From Candidatus Obscuribacteraceae bacterium (GTDB lineage Bacteria; Cyanobacteriota; Vampirovibrionia; Obscuribacterales; Obscuribacteraceae): a DNA stretch of 64,000 nt. The DNA lies in contig JBGAHS010000010.1 of the NCBI GenBank assembly GCA_044226015.1, forward strand, positions 192,001 through 256,000, in the 5' to 3' direction. The position numbers and the translations under genes are program-made. Below are positions 10,301 through 19,000 of the stretch, piece by piece. Under the pieces are notes generated by a model, which worked only from the letters and a program-made list of their open reading frames with translations, was not told where the DNA came from and ran no database searches. Positions within the stretch are counted from its first letter, which is position 1; the number at the start of each line of letters is the position of its first letter.

Positions 10301-12782
10301 CGCTACATCTGGCGTAGGAATCTCCAGCCCAACAATCACACTCAAGACCGCAAAAGATGGAATTGTAGGTGACAGCAAGGCTCTGGTTCTTGCTAGCAGT
10401 AAGGGAACCGTTACTCTAAATGTCGTCGCAGATAAAACGGTGAGTATCAGCTCAAAGAACAACGTGATTCTTCAAGGTGCTTTGAATCTCACGTCTGCTA
10501 CGAGCACTGGTGTTGATATGTTGGTCACTGGCAACCTTTTGTTTGATACTGCAGCTAGTATCACTTCGAAGGCGCATGTTGATCTTACTGCAACCGGTAG
10601 CATCACTCAGAAATCGACTGGGGGCTCTACATCTGTCACTTCCGATGCAATTACGCTGACTTCGGGAACCGCCGGGATAGGCACTGCTAGCGCCAGGTTC
10701 GGAATAGACACGAACTCAACAGGGAATATTGAAGCCATTTCTAAGGGCGATGTATTCTTGAGTGCAAATAATGCGACTCAGACGATATTTGCTGGGGACA
10801 GTGAGGGGCGTAACTTTGATGTGAGCTCTATTGGTACGATTTCCATTTCTGCAGGAGATTCTATTTACGGTACCAGTTCTATTGCTATCAACGTCACCGG
10901 CGCAGGAAATGGCATTTTTCAAACCGGCGTTGATAATCCATTCATCAGTAACAAGATAACATTGAATGCCCCCAATGCAGTCAGTGGCACTGATGGTGTA
11001 GGTACTGCCGCGAATGCCATAGGTATTACTAGCTTGACAGCGAACGGTACCATTACTTTGAGTACCTCTAGTAAGGGGTCCATAAATATTGTGTCTGACT
11101 CTGCTGTAAATCTGGGTGCGGTTAGTGCAGATGTTGACTCCAATGTTGGTATCACCGGATTTAAGTTGAATTCTGACGGCAAAATCAATGTCACTAATGT
11201 TGTTACTGCTGGTAACGTTTTTATCGCTGGTACCAAGGTTGGTGCCAATATAACTAGCTCAGGCAAAGGCTCCGTCAACGGTGTCAATGTTACATTGGAA
11301 ACAGACAAAGCCAACATTGGCTCATCTACTGCAGGCTTAGTGACTGGCGCTGCTAATCTTTTTGCCAACACGAGTTCAAGTGGGCTCATCAATTTGAAGA
11401 GTACGAATCTCGCTGGTGTGAACCTTGGTGCTTCCAGCAGTTCTACGTCGCTGACTTTGACTGCTGTCGGGCCGCTCACCGTCAGTGGTGCAATCTCTAC
11501 TAATGCTCCCAATGGAAGCAAAGCCGGCAATCTCAGTCTCGTCACTAACAGCGGCAAGCTGCAAGTTTCAGCTAACCTCTCCGCTAGCGAAGGCAGCATA
11601 AAGATTCAAAACACGGATAAAAACGGTTCGATTGTTATTGATAATAATTTGACAATCGACACTAATGTGAATGCCGCAGTGAAAGGAACACTGGGCGCAA
11701 TATCAATCTTTATCGGAACTGGGACCACCACGCAAAATCCGAGTCCGCCGGCGACGATTGCTAACATCACTGTCAACCAGGTTGCTGGAACAAACAAAGC
11801 TTACTTTGGGGCTAACCCGTCCTCGATTACCGCTACGGGACCGATGACAGTTAATCTGAAGAACCAGAGTGTATACTTCAACGCGCCCTTGACTGGAACC
11901 ATTCAACTCGGTTCTGGTACAGTGATTACTGCTGACCCACTCGCATTCGTGCCAGATTCACCAATTAAAACAAGTCAGAATGTCATTCTTCCCAGAGGTG
12001 TTCAATCGACGCAAGCGCCCGCTGCTGTGTACCCGCTAAGTGTCGCAAGCGCAGGAAATGCTTACAACTTCGCAAACCAAGTCTTTCTGCCGGTGACGGA
12101 TACCGTAAATGTCAAACAGAGTTTTGCGGGGGCGGATGCCTCCTCAGCAGCGCAGTCGCATTTTCTGGCAGGCTCAATAAAACAGATTGACGGGTTATTT
12201 GATGAAAGTCAGATCACGGTATGCAATGATTGCTCGTCTAAAGTAGACCTCAAATATGGTGGCACAGTTTTTGCGCCGCGACAAAATTTATCCGTTGCTA
12301 CGCCGTTTGGAAATGTACATTTAGCGGCTGATTCAATAGCGTTAGTTGTTGTCACTGAAAGCGGTTTGTCGATTTATAACCTGCACGATGAGCATCGGGG
12401 AAGTGTCAGGTTGCTGCGCGAAGGCGGACGACAGTATTCTGTTATTTTGGGCGAACATTTGACTGTGGCCAGGAAAGGCAAAGAGTTTCCTGAGCTCAAT
12501 CCGGTACCGTCGATTTCGCATGCAGACCTTCGCACTTTTGGGGGTACAGCTTGGAATGTCTATCAATCTAAGTTCTCTTTGACTTCAGCGATTGTGGGGT
12601 TAGACTCGCTTGCGCTGCTTAAGAATTCAGCTGATTCTTCCAAGAGGAAATTATCTGACAGGCTATACAAGAACGCTGCCATTCTGATGCAGTTCCGAAT
12701 GCCGAGCACGCCTTATTCAAGAATGTCTGCTCGCAACATTGACGATAATCGCAAAACGCAGTTTGTCGCCCAGCAAAACTAG
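4359..12782 (+). CDS. Giant secreted filamentous-haemagglutinin-like protein with YVTN-type beta-propeller (paralog 1)
   Basis: ATG 4359 with GAGG RBS and signal peptide (...ALA-Q) is preferred to the ORF-track start at 4260. S/T/G-rich beta-strand repeats (IGT..P), YVTN-like blades (YVPNNASNTVSVID, YIANTASNNISVVD) and a distinct C-terminal domain. Confidence 0.8.
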   Translation: MKASTSSALVFLLFTQVIHPLTALAQSRPGSASPGNSSSSGVTPINLDLSSKNRNLTANNLGSSGQVSIKVGNQTMQVNAATMLTPAERLAVYQVLSTGQQSILLGSLGNAIGGSFNIGAKFNQYVSSLVIPRGVTAIQNAAVNSNLSLAGNLTNAGSLLGVSTSQDYSSLLISAQNIYNRQGALISTMLPAGGIAGVSGAISSLNLSLSALNNIVNYGSIISSGNLNLSAGNSIINALPAGTSGAAPLMQAAGNLSFNSSQIANAGLINAINGNVNFATQGLQSLNINNKNGTIQALLGSINLRDAFFSGKADTSLLGGNLLSKELNVFSSDGIANVHVKDLTGVVNVSAACAFITAETDNLSIGSLNLTGDPLIANAAGDLTLLSSMNLITNGADLALLAKGNITAGNALSIDTSSLTGSGGDITIVAGANFAAPVGNVTKVTGASSTGGSINFLSPSSVSLIDSSAKGASGDAGSIQLLAFAGSTKGSGTITLPSSMPINANSVGGKAGDVIITAGGQSAVVLDNTSPATAKASTVQVSISGGVTTVGALSAVNFIGPIHNVGLAGTGSTSIIAAQPKVSTGGVTITDGSITAGSFSAGTPTASNGRIYLGAIDSSKDLTVSSGNTIVFSEAVNVGGNATVSTTANNGNISIEKNFKAGGNISLTAHGSGSITTQSFFIASPQVGSGAYGAAIQSLGNFVYVPNNASNTVSVIDSSTNLVVATIDLSAVDIVAPRGAASSANGQFIYVVGNSSTAGQGTVVVIDTSNNTVSTTYSFQSGTPSANANFEPKFVGVSGGKVYVLSDYALGTSTPTAASQLTVIDPLNPGSPVNVSLPGAVGRGNFGGLAINPQGTRAYIANTASNNISVVDLSNNTVTSTISLGTAGTTGPTALSFNPTGSRLFVAYADTAGSGSMSLKAIDTLPGSNTFNQVVLTQPFANANPAAIPLAISSTPTGAQLIMSDTNLVGIQNPISLSNTEVPFFPSGINSVSGYGTSNFSTIVTNGGVRNVQSYITTPDNTGKGNVLVLQAPTIQSGKDLTLKSTSGVISVSYDVQGNTLIANTSSSVTLSNVGTAASNIGPSSSGSNGLLFQVNALGGLATIGAITGGAIALTSVQGGITLGANVGTATTSAISLEAADSITSTAGKVIAKSIDLTSHAGSIGTDASHRITTSTGTMNIYRTGTGNVFVGNTGTLLVPSVGNGTGTFDITNGGNITVLNAIAGTNVSVVTTSSNGKISLAGVNTPDASSSTSINLNANGTGSITTTAPLNALLGSITLKSGTGNIGTSTLPLSLNTAQLSANTTGAGSVFLTNTSDLKLGNSGAGKTFQLVNAGSIGTDSNPTGSIAGSVINLTDTKASTTIVFGGNVGSSTSTVTIDASPNTVSVSQKSGILSAASLKVTTTSGDINLNNVRASKMTFDSTSGDVTIVNNVTSSLLGAKGDVINISNPNAALTIAGSVLGSDITLSSTNSTATSPGKIIISADIGNALTDGIHINTTKSGTITQTKNTFSITSNSAATGIFLQTEDGAIGTSAIPINTVTEKLAANTTGVFGSSVFINNTGADLVLGKSSGQSFTLKNTGNISQNIPDPNNPPTVLYATFVDLTSTTGSIGVDESHRFNIAGTTANVPSALELTINTGGNAFISGNNSNGASVQINLAKSSFVAGSSGASIWTFGGSLLLTTGATLKSNGTIDFSSSGDIIQLGTATQLFAPKFIIESSTNTGSSKFPLLISALPGSNIPVEISVHSFQDMHISSKSSLTVVNTPLLIYTPPVGPVVDNNNKVDGSLFLTSSGAISFANGVYPNGGALVYKALGGSINVGSSVNFTTTSTSLTASAGSVNIGTGSLISTTGLVISARDAITQADAAAKVTISAGTISLTSGTQGIGTALNPIAFQAGLNSLDLTVVSKGSAFLEAPTAGKGEELNLVGNSSATGTFSLKSVNDVRLQDNASKVPIITGGAVVIETTGTAKGIIQNVLGATSGVGISSPTITLKTAKDGIVGDSKALVLASSKGTVTLNVVADKTVSISSKNNVILQGALNLTSATSTGVDMLVTGNLLFDTAASITSKAHVDLTATGSITQKSTGGSTSVTSDAITLTSGTAGIGTASARFGIDTNSTGNIEAISKGDVFLSANNATQTIFAGDSEGRNFDVSSIGTISISAGDSIYGTSSIAINVTGAGNGIFQTGVDNPFISNKITLNAPNAVSGTDGVGTAANAIGITSLTANGTITLSTSSKGSINIVSDSAVNLGAVSADVDSNVGITGFKLNSDGKINVTNVVTAGNVFIAGTKVGANITSSGKGSVNGVNVTLETDKANIGSSTAGLVTGAANLFANTSSSGLINLKSTNLAGVNLGASSSSTSLTLTAVGPLTVSGAISTNAPNGSKAGNLSLVTNSGKLQVSANLSASEGSIKIQNTDKNGSIVIDNNLTIDTNVNAAVKGTLGAISIFIGTGTTTQNPSPPATIANITVNQVAGTNKAYFGANPSSITATGPMTVNLKNQSVYFNAPLTGTIQLGSGTVITADPLAFVPDSPIKTSQNVILPRGVQSTQAPAAVYPLSVASAGNAYNFANQVFLPVTDTVNVKQSFAGADASSAAQSHFLAGSIKQIDGLFDESQITVCNDCSSKVDLKYGGTVFAPRQNLSVATPFGNVHLAADSIALVVVTESGLSIYNLHDEHRGSVRLLREGGRQYSVILGEHLTVARKGKEFPELNPVPSISHADLRTFGGTAWNVYQSKFSLTSAIVGLDSLALLKNSADSSKRKLSDRLYKNAAILMQFRMPSTPYSRMSARNIDDNRKTQFVAQQN

Positions 12783-12990
12783 CAGATTCGGTGAATTCTT
12801 AGTGTTAGCTAGAATACAATGGCGAAATTTGTGTCGCCGAAAACTCCTTTGTGGCAATTCTTTTGCGGTGTTTGCTATCTATCGTCTAAGTCCGATTGAA
12901 TGATAAAAAGTTCTGTTAAATTCTTAGAGGGTAAGGCTTTTGACTGATTGTCAGTAGCTCGTTGATCCAATACTCTTAATATGGGAACTC

Positions 12991-13044
12991 AGATTCACTG
13001 CGTTTTTCGCGCGTAAACGTTGCGAGAAAAAATGTAGTGAGTCT
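12991..13044 (+). promoter_or_regulatory. Long RNA hairpin in the leader of giant protein 2
   Basis: AGATTCACTGCGTTTTT pairs with AAAAATGTAGTGAGTCT (17 bp, three G-U), capped by a short inner stem; ends about 33 nt before the ATG. Confidence 0.5.
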
Positions 13045-13077
13045 TACAAAGTTAATCCAACGAAAGAGTTGAGGAAC

Positions 13078-16000
13078 ATGACAAAAAATCTCTCTGCAGC
13101 CGTAGTCTACATGCTCGCTTTTCAAGTCGCGGTGCCATCACTAGTCTGGGCTCAGGCTAGACCAGGTTCGACCGGGAACTCGACTGGAACAGGGTCTTCA
13201 GGTGTTCCAATAAACCTTGATTTGTCTTCGAAAAATCGAAACTTGACTGCCACCAATCTCGGTAGCAGCGGACAGGTCGACATTAAGGTTGGCTCACAAA
13301 TGATGACCGTCAATGCCTCGACTCTTTTGACTCCTGCTGAACGTCTGGCTGTCTTTCAGGTGCTTTCGACGGGGCAGCAATCGATTCTTCTCGGTTCACT
13401 AGGAAATGCAATCGGCGGAAGCTTCAACATCGGGTCTAAGTTCAATCAATATGCTTCGGGTTTAGTCATACCTGGAGGTGTGACTGCCATTCAGAATGCC
13501 GCCGTTAACAACAGTTTGAATCTCACCGGTAATCTAGTTAACGCTGGCAACTATCTCGGTGTTTCTACAAGTCAAAGCTATACCAACCTTTTGCTGGGAG
13601 CTGCGAACATCTACAACAATCCAGGTGGACACATCTCAACCGTACTTCCTGCTGGCGGATTGGCAGGTTACAGCAATGCAATTTCCAATGTGAATCTCAC
13701 TTTGAGTGCGCTCAATAACATAGTCAACTCTGGCTCAATTACCAGTTCGGGAAACTTGAATTTGGTTGCAGGCAATTCCGTCATCAATGCACTGCCTCCA
13801 GGAACAACCGGGTCTGCACCTGTTCTCCAGGCTGTTGGTGATGTGAATTTCAACGCCGGGCAGATTGTGAACTCTGGTTTGATTTCTTCACTGACTGGCA
13901 ATGTCAATTTCGCAACTCAGGCGCAGCAATCACTTCTTGTTGATAACGGCGGTGGTGCTATCAAAGCATTGCTAGGAAACATCAATGTACGTGACCCGCA
14001 GTTCTCAGGCAAATACGATGTCAATTTGGCTGGCGGTGACTGGTTGTCTAAACAGCTAAATGTGAACTCGGGAGACGGTGCAGTCAGGCTAAACGTTGGA
14101 AAACTTACTGGTGCGCTCAACGTCACTGGTGGCACTGCCCATGTTGTAGCTGACACAAGTTCGTTGGTGCTCGGTACCATGAACCTCTCAGGTGACCCTC
14201 TGTTTTCGGGTACAGGTGATGTTACTATCTCTACTCCGATGACCTTTCCTGGTGTTGATCTCGCGATTGTCGCTGGCGGTAATATTCTCACTTCTGCAAC
14301 AGCAGTGAGTCTGGATACACATTCGAATGGAGTTGGCGGCAGCATTACCCTCGTGGCAGGTGCAAACTTCGTAGTTAATGGATTGCCAGCGAACGAAGAT
14401 ATTACAATTACAGGTGCAAGTGCCAGTGGCGGAAAAATAGATCTTTTGACCAAAGCACCTGCAAGCTTTTCGATTAACAGTTCTGGTGTAAGTGGCGATG
14501 CTGGAAATATTCAGTTTATTGCGTTCAGTGGAAAGGCCGATGCATCAGGAAGCATAACGATTCCATCAACTGTGCCAATCAGCGCGAACAGTACCTCTGG
14601 CAAAGCAGGCAACATTACATTTATTGCGGGCGGTGCAGGAGCCATTCCTAATACCTCTGCCAAGCTTTCAATTTCTGGTGGCTATACTCAATCTGGTTCC
14701 TCAGTTACACTCAATTCGATTGGTACAATAAGTGCTGTTGGAAGTGCTGGAAGCGGTGATATTACTCTGAGTACCTCACAACCAGTAGTCTCCAACGGTG
14801 GGGTCAATATTCTCCAGGGAACGATTAAGAGTGGCAATTTCAGTACATCTACGCCGGTGGCAGCAAAGTCAGGGCGTGTAACGCTTGGAACAGTAACAGG
14901 TTCTGGAAAATTGACCGTCACCGCGGGTGACTCCATTCTTTTCAGAAATGCGGTTAAGGTCGATGGTGATGCCACTGTCAATGCTACTGCCAATAATGGT
15001 GGCATCACTTTCACTAACAATTTTGTATCTGGCGGCAATGTGACTTTGGGTGCCAATGGCGCAGGAACGATCTCGACTCCCAATCAGTACTTGACCAGCG
15101 TTGCTGGTGGTGGCAACTATCAGATGGGTGTCGCTGCCTCGCCTGATGGAACCGTTGTGGTGATGCCGAATTTCTCGAGCAACAACGTTAATATCATCAA
15201 CACTGCCAACAACTCCAGCACGATTATTTCACTGACTGGGACTATCAACAGTGGGCCGAGGGGGGCTGTCATATCGCCTGATAACAAATTTGCTTACATA
15301 GTCGGATTGGACGTTCAAGGGGCAAACCGAACAGGCAAGGTTATCGTAATAGACCTGTCTTCGAAATCTGTTAGCACCACTTACAATTTTACCGCTACCG
15401 GTACACCAAGTACTTTTGACCCGCAGTTGATTGCTGTTTCCCAAAACACGGGCAAAATTTATGTTCTTTCGGCATTCAACGGGCAGCAAGATGCACAGGT
15501 CACGGTAATTGATCCCCTGAACCCTCTTTCGCCACAAAACATCGTGGTGACAGGCAGCAAAGGTGGTGCATCAGGTAATAGCAATCTCGCTGGTGGCATT
15601 GCCGTCAATGCGCAAGGGACGCTCGCTTATATAGCAAGCCCTGCTTCGAACAATATTGCTGTCTTAGATTTGAAGACCAACACTGTGATGTCGACAATCT
15701 CTTTGAGTTCAGTAAGTCCTAATTCTTTTGGACCTGTCTCTATTGCTTTCAACACAACAGGCACGCGCATCTTCGTTGGAGAGAATGTCGTTTTTGCAAA
15801 ATCTGGCAAAATACTAACTATAGATGCCGTTCCCTCATCGCCCAATTTTAACAAGGTGATTTCTTCTAGCTTGACCTTCTCGGCTACGTCGGCGTCAGCT
15901 GGGTTCTTCCCTCAAGCTTTGACTATGAATCCGACCAACACGTCTCTGATAGTCGAGCCCACTTATCTTGAATTGCAAACCACGTTCAATCCTCTAACCC

Positions 16001-19000
16001 TACAGAACGTTGACAACACCGGTATTGGTACCAGCCTGGCTCCAGATAATTATGGTTCGAATACTTTTTCAACCATTGTGAATAACAACGGTGTTCGCAA
16101 CATCAGAACTTACATTGCTTGTCCAACTCATACAAATCCGCTGTCTGGAACAATGGCGATTATTCAGAGCCCGACCATTATGGCAAAGAATCTGACAATG
16201 TCGTCTGGCACCGGTCAGATTTCCGCAAATTATGATGTGCAGGGCGGCACAATGAAGGTCAACACTGGTGGCAGCGTCATTCTGTCAAACGTGGGCTCTG
16301 CTGCTAGCACGGTTGGTGCTTCCAGTGCTGGAACCGGCGGCAGCGTGTTTCAGTTAGGTTCTGTCGCTGGACTCTCTATAACAGGAAACATCACTGCCGG
16401 TGGTCTCATCAATATCTCTGCTAATACCGGTGGCATAGCGTTGGGCGCGAACATCGGTAGTGCAGCTACAAGCTCTGTGACTCTGGAAGCCGCTGGTACA
16501 GGTTCTATTACCCAGACCGCAGGACTGCTCTCAGGTAAAGTGATAAATCTCTTTGCCACCGGAGGTGGTAGCATCGGTGTCAATAGCGGTAGCCGCGTTA
16601 AAACTGCTACGAATAGCTTGAATTACTTTGCTACGACTCCAACCGGCAATATCTACCTGCAGAATACTGGTACTCTCACGTTGAATAGCATCAATATGGA
16701 GGGAACTTTTGATCTGGTAAACACAGGAGCAATAACTTCCAAGCAGCTTATTTCAGCCGGAAACGTCTCCTTAATAACTAGTTCGGGTAGTTCTGCTATT
16801 ACACTTGCAGGAATCACCGCACCAGACGCTGGCACTATAAATCTTCAAACTAGCGGAAGTGGAGCCATCTCATCGACCGGACAATTGAAGGCCCTTGCCG
16901 GTATCACGCTTACATCTGCGTCGGGAAGTATTGGCTCTTCTGCCAAACCGCTTTCTCTTCATACCAGCAATTTGACCGCGCTGACCTCAGGAAGCGGTAG
17001 CGTTTACCTGACTGATGATGTTGCTATTACGTCGATGGGCGCATCAGGAGGGCAGACCTTCCAGCTCTCAGCAAATGGTGATATCACGACATCTGCCATA
17101 AGCGGTAAGACAATAAACTTGTCTGTGACTGCTGCAAACGGTGCTGTGACTCTAGGCGGGAATATTGGTGCCTCTACTTCGACCGTCACCATAAAAGCTG
17201 CCGGCACCGGAAAGGTCTTGCAAACTTCAGGCACTCTGGCTGCAAGTTCGCTCACTGTCACTACAGGTAGTGGCGATATAGATTTGAGTGCTGCCGCTAA
17301 TAATGTTGCCAAATTCTCCCTGTCTTCTTCGGCGGGAGGTGCCATCAAACTCGATAACACCGGCAGTTCTGCTACAGGCTCGCAGACTCTGTCATTGGCT
17401 AAGGGAAGTTCAGTTGATATCAATACGGCCGGAAATCTCATTATCGCCGGTTCGGTAGGGCAGGGCGGAGCAAGCACAGTCACACTGCAATCCGGTGGTT
17501 CGATTACCCAGTCTGCCTCTACAGCAAGTGTTACTGCTGGTTCGGTTAGTCTGGATGCTGTCGGTGGAGTTGGCACTTCCACGGCACCAATTAAAACGGT
17601 CACGTCGAAAATAATTGCTCTGGGCAGCACTGCTGCGGGCAAGCTTGGTGTCTACATCAGCAACACGGGTGATCTAGATATACTCGGTGTGACCGGACAG
17701 ACTGTAAGTTTGACTTCAACTGGTGCGATAACACAAAACACTCTGCCTACGAATTTGATTGAAGCTAATACATTGATATTGAAGTCGGGGACAAACTTCG
17801 ACATTGGCGCCAGCGGCTCTCCACTGCATGCTACTGGCGTTGGCGGGGCATTCAACCCTAGCACGGTGAATCTCACGGTCACCTCGGGTGGTGACACTTA
17901 TTTCAGCGCCGGGTCTGGTTCACAGAGTAGCCTTGTTACTCTCAATTTCACTGGGAAGAGCACAGCCGCTGGTAGCAAAGGCTTCTCTATAGCAACTGAG
18001 ATTTCGGGAGCATCTGCCCCTGGCGCTATCACATTCGCGTCCGGAGCTTCAATGGTTGCTTCTAATCCAAGTGCTCAAGTTGTTCTGTCAACAGTCAATG
18101 GTACATCAGGTGCCAGCATCACCCAAGCGAAGACCGGTACTTCGATATTCGCGCCTTCTGCTGTAATTAGTGGTGGCAATATAGGTACTCTCTCCATACC
18201 GCTCGGAGTGTCAGCTCTGAAGGCTACGGATAGCCTGACGCTTCAGTCAACGAATACTGTTGCTAGTTCTACCTATTTGAATGCCGCTTCGAATGTAATT
18301 TTGTCGGGAGCCAGCAGCAGCTCGAAGGATTTCAATTTGAGCAGTACCGGCAATATATCAATGAGCAGCACCGGCTCTTTCAATGCAGCTCAGTCGATGA
18401 CAGTGACTGCGAAGGGCAGCATAACGCAAGACATCGCAAGTGCGGGCTTTAGCGCTCTGTTCGCGACGCTCAGTTCTGGAGCTGGCGGCACCGGTACGCT
18501 GGCCATTCCTGTTGTAGTCAATTCTAAGTCTGGTTCGATACTGAACTTGACTGCGACCTCTGCAGGAAATGTCTTCTTAAAAGCACCATCCTCTGGCGTA
18601 GGCGAATCACTAAGTCTGGCTGCCTCGAATGCTAAAGGTAGTCTGGGTTTCAATCTCCAATCGGTGAATACTGTGACTCTCGTGCAGGCTGCTGTGGCAG
18701 GGGTGACGGCACCCAGCGTCTCCATCCAGGTCTCTGGGGCCGGACAGTCTATATTGGAATCGGGAGCAGGGGTAGGCATTTCTGGTACCACTGTAAATCT
18801 GAAGGCCGGAGCTGGTGGCACCATAGGTGACACATCGCCCGTGAATGTCGTTGGCTCGACCGTAAAGCTTACCGCGAATGCGGACTCGGTTAATCTTGGC
18901 AGTACAAGCGGCATTATCAATCTCGTAGGCAACAATACGGCAACTGCCGCACTTGGAACTGGTTTCAAGCTAAATGCCGCCGGAAATATTGTCATCGCTG

